Shown here piece by piece: positions 11,331 to 24,257 of a stretch of DNA of 64,000 nucleotides. How positions within the stretch are numbered: the stretch's first letter is position 1; every line of letters starts with the position of its first letter. The position numbers and the translations under genes were made by a program. The notes under the pieces were generated by a model. It was not told the DNA's origin and searched no databases. It worked only from the letters and a program-made list of their open reading frames with translations. This DNA comes from Thalia democratica (Eukaryota), in assembly GCA_965202585.1 (NCBI GenBank), contig OZ241833.1:23374001-23438000 (forward strand). Direction: 5' to 3'.

Positions 11331-14216
11331 AAAACAAATTACATACTTTCAGAATTAAACATGAATACTGAAAAACTTGAAACATTACAAAAAGACTTTA
11401 TAAATAGCAAAATACTGAAATTAAAGAAAGGGTAATTTAAACTACCACAAAATTTTAAAATACTACTGATGATTTGCATTCTGCACTTAAACTTCAAAGA
11501 TTTTTAGAAAAGCCTGGAAAAATCTACAAAGTAATTACCTAAACTCATCAGCTTAAATTACAGTTGTGCTTGTTTTCTGTAAAAGTATTTCATCTAAAAC
11601 CTATTTTACAACATAAGCTGTTACTTCTAGCTCTCTTCTTTAAGACTAAAAAATTATTTAATGCGTAATTTATAATAAAATTATGTAAATTTTATTTTAT
11701 AAAGTATCTATAACTAAAGTTAAGGTACGATTCAGGAAAAACTAAGTATAATGAACTTGTAAATATCAAAGCTATAAAAATAAAGTACCGAGAGATTTTT
11801 ATTTTCTTGAGTTCAAAAGTCAATTTTTTTGTTTCGTTTTTGTAATTGTAAATTTTTATGTTAGATAAATTTTATAAAACTTCATTTAGCTTTCAAATTT
11901 TTTGAAATAAACCTAAATGATGGTATATAAAGATACTTTATTATAACAAACAGATAGTCTACAATTTCAGAATTTAAACCATTTTTAACACTACCAAGTT
12001 TTAATACGAAAAAATATTTCAAATTAAACTAACAACACACTATATAGCATACAGTACTTTAAAGACTAAGTAGCTTTGTACTACTTTTGAAATTATTTCT
12101 AACTTTTAGCTTACAAGTGTTATGAAAAGTATTTTTAAAAAACGTGGTTAAGATTGACAAGACTAAGATAGCTGCAATTTTTTTGAGTAATATTTAAAGC
12201 TATTTTAGCGTACATAATGATGTATTTAAATAAATGGAATTTTATCAAAAAATTAAATTGTGGTCTGTAAGCATCACGAACAATACTACTAAAAAATTTT
12301 ATTTGATAATTCATTAAAAGCGGCTTAGATTCAGTACGATTGTCGTAACTTGTCAAAACATGTGACATTTTTATTAGTTCCGTGCCTAAACTTAATTAAA
12401 ACAATGCGCCTTATGTTGTTTGTTATTTTAATAGAAATATGCTAAACTTGCATTAATTTAACCGCTAAAGTTTGAAACTGTTAATTCGATTAAATTTTTT
12501 AATGTAAAAATTTAAAAAAAACATTTAAAGATTGAAAGCAGTAATGTTTACTTAGATCAAAAATTATATATTAATAAACTTTAGTACAAATAAGAAGGCT
12601 ACAATTACTTTGGTTTTTTAAGATCAACAAAAAAGTTTCTTTGATGTGTTAAATTATAAAGTTTAAAAATAATTTCAATATTTTTATTTTATTGTAGATT
12701 TTCTCTAAGTTTCATACAATTCAAAAGCTCTTAAATTTTCTTATACTATAATTTTTATCAATAACTAATTTATAAGACTCCGTTTTTAAAATTAAAATAC
12801 TATACTATCTTTGAAACAACATTTTTTGTCAATAATTACTTGTTTCTGTAAAGTTATAAAAGGTAAAAAACCATTAAAACTTAAAAGATTTTTTTGCAAT
12901 GTAAGAAAATTGTAAAATATATTCAACTTTGTGCAGTATAATCATTAACAATTAAACTAAAGTATACACGTTAAAGTATTTTATATAATACAAAAAGTGA
13001 AAGGTATTTAAATTCTAAAAAAATACTCTAAATGACTACAATTTTAAGTCAACATGAAAAATGTCATTATACAGAAAAACTTTGGGCAACTGTAATTTAA
13101 TTATGTTACCTTGTTACGGTGGTGTTTATGTCATAAAACTTCTTTAAAGTTAAAACACCAAGCTATTTCAGTAATGTATTACACTTACAAATATATCTAA
13201 ACCTTACAACATGTTAAACATTTAAAATTAAAACGGCTTTTTAATTAAACGAATATTTGAACTACAAAACCTATATTTAGGTAAAATCAAAGAATATAAA
13301 CATTATAGAATATTAGATCTTTTAAATTTAGTTTGATACTCTAAGCTCTAAAATTTTGTTTATTCAATCGTAAGCTCAAAGTAAGAAAATTAAAAGAAAT
13401 CCAGATTAACAAGTTATTACTTATGTAGATAATACTCATGAAAACTTTATAGGCAATAAACAATTGGCACACATTTTTTGTTAAGATTATTAGCAAGGCA
13501 TATATTGATTCTAAAGGGAAATGATAAACTGAAATTAAAAATTATAGTGCAAAAAATAGCACTTTGTTTTCAGTTTTCATTTTACTTTGAAAACAATCAG
13601 CTCAAACTGAAAAAATGCACTTTTTCTCAGAAAAACATTACTAAATATAACTAAACAAATATTAACAGTGTAATAGGTTTAGTTTATTTAGTTTTAATGT
13701 TTTAACGGAAAAGAAAGTTATAAAAAAAAACAGTTAAAGTTTTTAAATAAAAACTTTAAATTATATAAAACTTTAGTTGATTTATTCTTTCTTCTGAAGA
13801 AAAAACTGTTTGATTTGTTGTTTGAGTGTTCCACAAACCTGAGAAATTTATATATATATATATATAAAAACTAGTTTTAAATAATTTTTGCAAAAATAAT
13901 GAAGTAAGACATTTAAATTCCGTATTAATTTACTTTTACTTTTTAGTATGCAACAATGTGATTCAATTTGTCTAAAGTAAAAAAAACAAACATTAATTTA
14001 AAATCAAGTGAAAAAAAAGGTTTGAAATGAATAGTACTTTAAACTTTCTTAGGTTCAAATAATAAATTTTTTGTATCGCACTTAAAAAATATGCATTTTA
14101 TAGCATAAATAAGTACACAAATTACATACTGAAAGTGACATGAAAAGGAGTTTATTAAATTTGTCAATTTTATTAAAATAGTAAAGGATGTTAACAAACA
14201 GTTTAAAATTACTTAC

Positions 14217-15058
14217 CATGATCTCACAGATATTAGAAATGACTTTTTCCCGAGAAACAACAGCCATAGTGAGGTCTTCATCAAATTTTGAATCGTCAAT
14301 CGTCGCAACGATGTTGTTTGGCGTTACTTTACACGACTCAATAATGGGCTGTTTTCAAAAAATAAAAAACTATTTAAAAGTAAATCTCTGGATAGCTTTG
14401 TTACCAGAGCATTGTCATTACAATGAGCTAGGGTTGTTATAAAGATATAAAACTTGTAGTAAGCATATGAAGAGTGAAATACCTGTCCGCTAATCTCATT
14501 GTTTTTCACCAAAAACTCAACCAGGTCTATGATCACAGTAAGGTGGAGATTTCCTTTACTGTATATAGTTGTTTATTGTTTAAAATAAGACAAACTATTT
14601 TCTAGTAGTATTTTGTAGCAACTTATTTCAAGAGTTATATCATTTTAAAACTAATTAAGTTATGTGTAAGAATACTATAAAACGTTACTTTAACCGTTGT
14701 AGTTAAACAAAAAAGCAGTTGATTTATAATTTTTATATCTTTATAAGATTACGTGATGTTTTAATGTTTAATATATAATTTTAATAAAATAGTTAAAGTT
14801 TAAAAAAAATGAAAATATAACTTTAGTTTATCTAAAGCAACTAGCCTAATAAACCTTAAAGTAAGATTTTACATTAAATTACAATTTTAGTAAACCATTA
14901 TAATATATATTTGAACTAATTAAAGCTGTATTAACCCAAGTTCAAAATAATAACGTGAATCGAAAGAAAGCTCCAGATCTTTTACAAAAACTTTATCTTT
15001 TCTGTAGTTTGTTGATCCGTAGCTTCCGCTTGCAATTTTCATTTTGTTGAGTGAAATG
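14217..15058 (-). CDS. Three in-phase exons of an unrecognised gene (15058-14936, 14558-14483, 14348-14217); possible BPI/LBP/TULIP-fold protein
   Basis: GT-AG boundaries with matching phases (2/2, 2/0, 0/0) give ISLNKMKIASGSYGSTNYRKDKVFVKDLELSFDSRYYFELGKGNLHLTVIIDLVEFLVKNNEISGQPIIESCKVTPNNIVATIDDSKFDEDLTMAVVSREKVISNICEIM with no stops. The exons are richer in GC than their flanks. Family assignment is weak inference. Confidence 0.65.
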
Positions 15059-16493
15059 CTAAAAGTTAAATTAGTTATTATGTTAAAATAAAGCAGTATT
15101 ACCGATGTAAAAACCTTTAACATACAATGAAAAAAGACAACTTATTAATCAAATGTTTTTTTTTTTGTAAAAAAATAAGATTACTTATAAGTTTGCTCAA
15201 TAAAACTAAGTAATTGGTTTAATTTGAAAAACACTAAAATCCTTTTTTTTGATCTACAAGCTTTATTTATGAACATTGAAACAAAATCGAAACAAATTTT
15301 CTATACAAGTTCTACTTCAATTTCAATGTTTAACTGTTCCTAAACTTTTATCAAGGTTATTATGAAGATTTATATTCTATAAGCTAAGTTTATATTAATT
15401 TCCTGTAATGTTTTGTTTAGATAAACTTTGCTTATCTTTTTTTTTAATCATTCCAGGACACAGTCAAACTGTTTAGTAACAAATTTGTCTTCGGTTCATG
15501 TTACAAGAAAAACTATAAAACCAGGAATATTCCAAATATAAAAAATTATTTAATTGTTTTTTCATACTAGTAACTCTAGTCCTCAATAAAACTTTCTATT
15601 TAATATTTTAACTTAATCTATTTTTTATTTTCTTGTTTGTAGAGCGAATGTTTTCGAACAACTTTTATTAACAGGATAAAACATTCTGCTTTATTTTTCT
15701 AATTAAAATTAAGCACGAAGTTATGAACAAAAACCATATACTAAACAAGATAATGTTTTACTAAGTTCAAATTTATCCCTTTATAAATTCTTAATATTTT
15801 CTAGCTATCTACTTAAAAGTTTTCAATAGAACGTAGGTTATCTTACGTTTTGTTTTAGATAATCTTTAGGAAAAACTAATTACTACTATTTTAAACATTT
15901 TATCGTACTATTTAAACTTTATAAACAAAACTAACTCATTTATTTCAAAATTTAGATCTTTCTTGCTGCTTATTCCCAAATACTTTGTTTTAAACATTTT
16001 GTTTTGAGTCACTTCAGACGAAAAAAACGAAGCTAAAATTTTTGTAAGTTTTAAATATAGTTTTTTAACGTAACTAAAATGTTACTCATACTTTTTGAAT
16101 CTTTTTGATGTTTTAGCTTATCTAACTTCACTACTTATTAGTACTATCTATTTTTTTCATTGCACGTGTTAAGTTTGAGAACTTTTATTTAACTAAAAGT
16201 TTAATAGAAATTGCGTTTAACTGCTATTGAAATACATTTCTGACCAAATCTTTTCTATTATAAAATTTATTATAACAAGATAGTAAAGTACTATTATTTT
16301 TTAGTTTTACAAGTATTATTTTTTTATATGAACTTAATTATAAAGTTTTAAAATTAGATTATAGAGTACTGTTGTAATTTAGATTTAAAGTAAAATTATA
16401 ATTTAAAAAAATTCTGTATTCGAATATTTTAAATTTTCTCTTTTGTGAAGATTTTTGGTAAAATAACATGATAAAGTATTTTAACTTGTTATT

Positions 16494-16761
16494 TTTGTCA
16501 TTAGAATAAAAATTTTGGAATTTTTTTATCACAGCTAATTATTAAATATATAGTTTGTTTATTGTTTGAAATTTTTTCTTTCTTTAAGTTTAATTTTTTT
16601 ACAACATGACAAGCAATTAAAGTACTTTCGTCATTTAAATAAAAATTTTGGAAATTTATTACCACAGTTATGAATTAAATATTTAGTTTGTTTATTGTTT
16701 GAACAAATATATTTTTATTTTTTCTTAAGTATAAGTTTTTAACAACATGAAAAGCAATTAA
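16494..16761. repeat. Degenerate tandem duplication of about 135 bp
   Basis: GTCATT..AATAAAAATTTTGGAA...AGTTTGTTTATTGTTTGAA...ACAACATGA.AAGCAATTAA occurs twice in a row. Confidence 0.7.
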
Positions 16762-19700
16762 TTATAGAACAAAAAATTTTATTTCCTACTTGAACAAAAA
16801 TATTTTAATACCAATCATCAAGTAAAAGGATATTTTTGGGTATACAGCTTTAGAGCAGAAACATGCTAAAAAACGGTGATACGTTGTCAGTTTAAAAAGG
16901 TGCTTGGAAACAAGTTTAGGTGTGTTTAATCGCATAAACGAAACATGTGTGACCGCTTAACCGATATTTGTAAGCAATACAAAACTAATTAAAAATTCCG
17001 TTGGGCATTAGTTTCACCTTAAAAATAGGTAAAGTAAACAAACGACGTATTTCGCACCTATCACGCAAGATTTGTCCTTCTCCAGATTTTTTTGGAATAC
17101 TAATAAAAAACATGTACTTATTTGAGGTTTCCGTTGCCACTTATCTTTGGCTAGGTACATGTTTTGCAGATAAGGCGAAACATTGTTATCAAGTTTTAAC
17201 TTTTGAATCAAAACTTTTGTTTTAAAAATCTTATAAAAGTAAAAGAAAAAAAATGTACAATAAACGATAAATAATTTTTTCTATCAAATATTATTATTGA
17301 CTTTATATAGTTTTTATTTTTTAAATTAAAGAGGACTCCTTGAAAATTTTAGATAAAAAAAAAATTAGGTCGTAAAAAATAATAAAAAACAAATATTTAA
17401 ATTTTTTATCAACTTTTTAACTGAATTAAGTTAAAAAATACTTTCATTACCTAAATTTAACATTTTTTTAATTTTTGTAGGTTAAAAAATGTTAAATAAA
17501 ACATATAAATATAGCGTCTAAAGTATACATACTTCAAAATATATGTTTTTTAACTAGTTATGAATTGTACAAAAAAAATAATTTTTATGATACAATTTTT
17601 CCGCTTCATTTAAAGTTTCTAAACTTACATTCAAAATGGTAAAAAAAAGTTCTGTTTTTGTCATCAAAATTACTATATTTAAACGGTTATCAAAATTCGA
17701 TTCATAAAAGTTTCTTGTAATCTTTTAAACATTTAAATTGATCTTTTATGTTTAGTTCGAAAACTAAAGACTTTTTGCATAAAGTAAAACAGAGTTTAAC
17801 GTTTAAGTCAAAATGTTAAATTTCCCGGCACAGTGTCTTACTTATACGTTATATTACTAAGTAATACAGATTTTCGGTTAGATAAACTTCGGATAACATT
17901 ATAATCTTTTTATTTGCCGCTCTTTTATAATATAAAGCTATAAATTATATACTTTCAACTGATGAAATAAAGGATACTTATTAAATTTTTGAAAAGTTAT
18001 TTTGGAATTTTTATGCTAGTTTATAATTAAAACGAAGTTATATAGTAAAGTTCAAAAATTCTCGATTTGTAAAACAGTTTCATATAGTAACGGTTAACAA
18101 ACTTAATATTTCTTAGCAAAAAACCACTTAAAATCTCAAAAAAAATCAAGTAAAACTTATTAAATATAAAACCAGATGATTTGAAACTTAATCATTTCTA
18201 ACAAAAGGAGATGTTCTAGAATCTAGGTAATGATACAAAAAATAACACCTACCTAAGTCTGAGTTCTGTTCATTGTTGATTATAAGTCCTTTTGCAGTAA
18301 CAAAGACAAAAAAACAAACAAATTTGAAAAATATATTACTCATGTCCTTTAAACTGTACGAAATAAAAACATTAGATTAGAAACCGTTTCTATTCTATAT
18401 AAAAATATTTTTGCCTTTAGGCGAGATGACGTGAATTTAAAATAATTGTTTAAGTGTGTTCGATATATTTTAAGACATGTTAAAATCAGGTTATAACATA
18501 CATTTGTTTTTTATGGACACAACGATAAAATGTAAATTTAAGCCGCATTTAACTTTGGTGAGTATTTATATAGAGAGTAATCACAGTTTATGAAAAAAGT
18601 TGTCTGCTTCGGAGAATTTTCTTTAAGCTGGAATTACGTTTTAAAGCTTAAAACTTGTTTTTTTTAGCAATAAAAGTTTACAACTAGATGTCACTCACAG
18701 AAAGTATGTTGTTGTTGCTTAATATGTTTAATAACAAGTTATTCTTTAAAACATACATAAAAACATGAGAAGCTAAAATGTTTACTACTTATGCAGAAGT
18801 TTGTAAAATATACTACTTTAGAACAGGCAATTTTTTGAACTTTTTTGAAATCAATTACTAAAATAACAAACATTTTATAGAAATTGTTTAATATCAACAA
18901 AAACTTACTTTACGACTTTTAGAATTTGTACATAAATTTAATAGAAACTATATAACTATAAATTAAGTATAAAAGCGTTTGACTTTGTTACTGCTGAATT
19001 TAATAACTTAACAACAAAACCTTCTCAAAACTTTTGTATAAATTGTAAAGTTTAAATTTAAAACGTCAGTTGAGAAAACTTAGTGTATTTTATGGATCAA
19101 CTACTTAAAAATATTTTGAAATTAATTATACTTCGCACAAGACCTACGCGTGGCAAGTGATATCATTTAAACGTAAATCTAATTAGTTTTTATAAAATTA
19201 TTGTTTTGTTTTAATGGTGTTAGCGTCAAAAAACAATTAACTTGTTATGCTTTATAAACTTTAAGTTAAATTCATAACATTACGTGTGAAGCAATATTAC
19301 AGTTGTAAATTTTTTTTTCAAACTTAGTTTCGGTGAAAATGTTTTATTTAATTTATTAAACAAAACAAGCTAAAGTGGTCAAGTATTTTTTATTTCGTTT
19401 TGAGTGTTACATACTTTTTCTTTTATTAAAAAAAAATTTTTTGAATAAAGGTATTATTAAAACTAAAAAGTTTTCAAAATTTCTATTAAATGGTTTAATT
19501 ATCAATTAAGCAGTATAGGTCGTTGAAATGATAATGTACTGACATAGTGTAACCTAAATATTGTTTAGTAGTAACAAGTTTAAATCATTTTAATCTTAGT
19601 TTTTTACCAAAGTATCGTTTTTGGTTAGCTTTTTATAATTAGGTTGATTTTTAGCTTGACTTCAACTCAAAAAAAAAAATAGTAAAATTATTCTACAAGT

Positions 19701-22700
19701 GGTCAGTAGCACTGTGGTCATAAATGTTTATTTTTTAATCTTATAAAACAAAAACATTTGGTTAACATTATATTAAAAGAAATTAAAAAGGCAATTAAAA
19801 TAGTCTAAACAACTTTAATAATTTAATATTTATATAAGTTATTTATATTTTTAAGCTTTTTAGAAATTTATTTTCGATTTTTAGATTATGTATAATATTA
19901 AAACTAAAAATATGTTTTATAAATTTGTAGTCTTAATGATAAAAAAAAATTGAGGACGTTTTTTTTTTTAATATTCATTAAATAATATTTTAGAAATATA
20001 TATTAGTTGTTAAACTAAAATTTGAACTCCAAGCACTATAACATTAATAGATTTGATTTGTCGCCTTTTTTGTCACTCAAACTGACTGTAAATCTCAAAA
20101 GAATGATTTAGAAAAAAATAAAAACTACAGATTGTAAAAGTATTTTTTGGTCTATGGTTCTTAAAAACTTTTTCTAATGTGTTTGTTTGTTCACTTTAAA
20201 CAAAAAGTAGAAATTAGTTCTAATAGAAATTGATACTAATGTTTAGTTTTGAATGTATTGCAATCAAGCTTACGGAAAAGTGAAAGTAAACCACAGCTCG
20301 AAAGAAGGGCTTATTAAACATGAAAAACAAATGGATGTTTATTGTTTTAAGATTCATGAGGTTGCAGAAATTAAATTGAAATTTTAAATAAACAGAAAAA
20401 ATTGAGTTGTAAATTAAATGGTTAAAACTTTATATTATTTTATGTTATTATATTCTACTAAGATAGCTAAATTCTTACTAAGTTTTATTCAAACAGCACC
20501 TAATTGGTATTATCACTTTGAGTAAAACACAAAAAAAATTATCATATAAACAGTTTTAATTTGTTTATATAAACAGGTAAGTTGCAAAAAAATTTGCTTA
20601 ATTATTATTTAAAGTTTATATACTCTTCTATTGTTTCCTTTTCAAACTATTACAAAGTCTCTTACTTAATTAAAGATTTTTCTGTTTTTGAAATTTATAT
20701 TCTTAATATGAGATAGTATAAACTTTTATTATTTTTTATGTTACTTAGTTAAGCATTTTTTCTAAAAAGTTTTTGACTTGATTTAACTATTGTAAAGCTT
20801 TTTTCCTACAAGTAATCTAATCAGTTGTCTAATTTTGAATACGCTACACGGTTGGCCTACAACTAACTTGAAAAAAAAGTAAATAACTTATTTTTTTAAA
20901 TTACTAATCCGTGAGCCAAGATTTAAGTAAACTAAGAGCTTCAAATCAAATTTTAGAATTCCTTTCTTAATTGAAGTTATGCAGTTTTGCTCAAAACCAC
21001 ATGAAGGGTTTCTTTTTCAAATTAAACTTGAATATATTCAAAGTTGTAAAATTAACCGTGAAAGAAAAGACCATTAAAATTTACTTTAAAACAGACATAA
21101 CTGCTTGTTTTTATTCATAGTTTTGGAATAAAAGTTTAAAGTTTTAGCTATAAGTTATAGTTAGTCTTAAAATCGACCATGTTGCGTTTAAAAAAACAAA
21201 ATTTATGTTTGACGTGTTTGGTCTTTTAGTTAGGAAACCTTCAAAAATTGCGAAATTTACACATAAAATTTCGTCTTAGCGGCTTTTAAGCAAAAATAGC
21301 CGAAGAACTTTAGTGCTGCGCTTTTTTATTTCGAATAAGTTTTATGTGTTGAAATACCCTAAAAAATTATTTTTTTAATTCATTATCCAAACAAAACGTT
21401 TTATTTCGTTGAGAAAAACTTTTTGTTTCACATCTACGAGCGGTTAAAATGAAAAGATAATCAAAATATAAGTTACACTTGTCTCGTCTCTATTTGAATT
21501 TCAAACAGACCTATTTTCACATGCAAATCCACAAATCAAAATTTTGTGAGTGCTAGTACTATAACTCTAGTAATGTTCTAATTGTTTTGAGCTACAGTAA
21601 ATCTTTTTTTTTTAATCTTTACAAGTATAGATTTCATACAAAATGTCATTAAATCTTTCCAGTTTAGTGCTATTAAGGGCGACTTTGCGCTAGTTATTTC
21701 TAAAAGTAAAAAAATCTTACCTTTGAAATAAATTTATTGAAAATAGACAACATCTTTCTTATTTAGCTTGCAAAAGTTCAAAGCTTAAAACTTATCTTTC
21801 GATATATAAAAATGTTAAAAAATTCACTTCCGTTTGAGAATCTTTTATAAAGGCAATTTAATATTTTGTAAGATATTTCGTTAGTTTAAAAAGCGAAAAC
21901 TCAAGTATCCTAATTTTTTTTTTGCCAATTATTTCTAAGATAATCTTACTAAACTTAAAAGCTTCAAATTTTTATTGGTACTAAGATGCCTTACTTTGAA
22001 AAAACTTTATTAATTTTTAGAAAAAGACTCGATAGCTCTCTGGTTTCAAATTGATATATTTTTAAGCAAAAACCAAAATTCCAAACAAACATTTAAATTA
22101 AACTAGTAAACAATCAAAGCTTACTATTTAACTTTAGTTTATAGTTATTAACAATCGAATAACTTTTGAAGTTTATAAATGTTGTGTTTGTTTCTTAATA
22201 AAGATCAAAATCTATGAAGATCTAATATTAAAACTTCAGATTAATTATGTTTTTATTAAAAACAAAACATTTTAAAATTTTTGTTAGACAGCTAAAAAAA
22301 GTACATAGATTTTTAAATAAAAAAACCACAAACTGTTTTTATTACTGAAGTAGTTTTCTGCATTGTGTTGTTAAAAGCTACTATACAAAATACTCTATTA
22401 TTCAAAAATAAAAATAAAAAGATGCGCAACCCCAGTAAAAAGTCTAGACACCCCTCTGTAGATTGTTAAAAAAGTCATATAACTATTGATATGAATTAAT
22501 TTGCTATTTTTAATGCAACTCTTTGTCAGCATCTTCTAAACAGATTAATATGTTTTGTTTTTAATTGTAGATTTTTACGAGAATGATCTGTTAGATATTA
22601 GTTTGAAGTTCATTACATTTATTTTTAAAACTAAGTTATTAAATTTAAACGTTTTAAGTTCCGTCAGCTTCGTAGTAAAAAATTGCAAAAGTTATATAAT

Positions 22701-23682
22701 TTTGATTTATATCAACAATATCTTACTTGATACAAATTTTTTCAACAATAGTTATTAAATTGTTTTTAAAACGATGAATTCCGTTTGTAGTGCTGTTTCT
22801 TTGTATTGCACGATGCACAACACTAAAGTGAAATTTTTATAATTATTACAAAATTTTTACATATTGTTTTTGCATTTGGTTATGTTCACATTATTTGTAA
22901 TTAAATTGTTATTAAGTTAAACTAAATTAAATATACTACTTTATAAAGAAGTTCTATTAAAAAACGTTTTTAAAGTATTTAGTTGTTAAGGAGTCGCACA
23001 GGCTTATGAAAATCAGGAGTAACACACCCCCAGTATCTATTTTGAATCTATTTGAGTTCACAAAATTGCTCGAGCATGAAATTTTTAGTAAAAACTTTGG
23101 TACTTGAATGTTTTTACTTTTGTCAAACCTGATGTTCAAAAAATATGTCCTGTACCTGTTCATGATAAATGACGAAATAGCAAAATTTATATTTAGTGTT
23201 TTTTTTTCTAGCTGAAAAATCAATTTGATCTTTATTAAATATCCCTTTTTTAGAATCTTGTTTTCTCTGTTAAAAATCCCTGTTTGAAATAGATTTTTAT
23301 ACCGTTAAAATTTGAGTAAGCTTGTTTAATTTAGTTTTAAATGTAGTAGTATTTTTTTGTAATATCTACTTATTAAATAAATTTCAGTTTCTTTAAAAAA
23401 GACTTGTACTCAGAAAATTAAATGCTTAAATAATAATTCAATAATTTTCAAAATAATAATATAAAAACTCTATTTAGCAAAAAAAGTTATGTTTATTTGT
23501 ATAAAAAAGAATTTTATATATAATAATACTCTTAGAATGTTTAGATTTTTAATTACTTATGTACTTCTTTTTTGATTTTGTTGAGATCTTACTAAAATTT
23601 GAAGTATAACTAGCTATTAGCTACCTAATTTTTATGAATCTAGTATGTTTTACTTGCGTCGACAGCAGATCAAAGGTCGTTA

Positions 23683-23692
23683 CTGATTGGCT
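23683..23692 (-). promoter_or_regulatory. CCAAT (NF-Y-type) box
   Basis: CTGATTGGCT = AGCCAATCAG on the minus strand, a close match to the NF-Y consensus, in a CpG-containing patch. Confidence 0.35.
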
Positions 23693-24257
23693 AATACTTT
23701 ACTTATGTTTATTTTAAGTTTTAAGTAATAATACTTTTATTTTCGGCTTATTCTTATATACTTAAGTAAGGGGGTTTAGTGATAAAGGTATAGATTAAAA
23801 GTTTTGGGTTAGGCGGGTTAGGGATAAGGGTATAGATGTTCTTAATGTTCTGCTGTGTGATAACTTTACCTCATTTGCATAATGTTATGAATGAAAATAC
23901 ATAATACTAAAACCTTACAAATGCAGTCGACCCGTTTTTTTAGGTATGATACAGCAATCTATAACTTTTTTTTCTTTGTTTAAAAAAAAAAGCATTTACA
24001 AAATAATTTAAAATTTTAGTATATTTTTGCTTACTAGTAGTTTTCTTTTACCGCATTCTATTAAGTTTATCTATGGTTATTATATTACATTAAGAACTCT
24101 TTTTCACTATTCAATATTGTACACCATTTTTGTTCAAACAGAAATGAATAGCTTATTTAGTTCAAAAAATATTTTGTATAAGTTTTACCAACATTAACTA
24201 ACTTTCAAAAATCCGAACTTATCCAATCCCAACCAAGTGGTCTACTACAGTCTAAAT

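Noticed and set aside
22957-23223. 88-aa minus-strand ORF as a possible first exon of the cryptic gene
   Set aside because: No convincing donor in frame, no signal peptide and no homology.
23806-23830. Telomere-like TTAGGG repeats as an interstitial telomere
   Set aside because: Too short and degenerate; similar tracts occur inside local MITEs.
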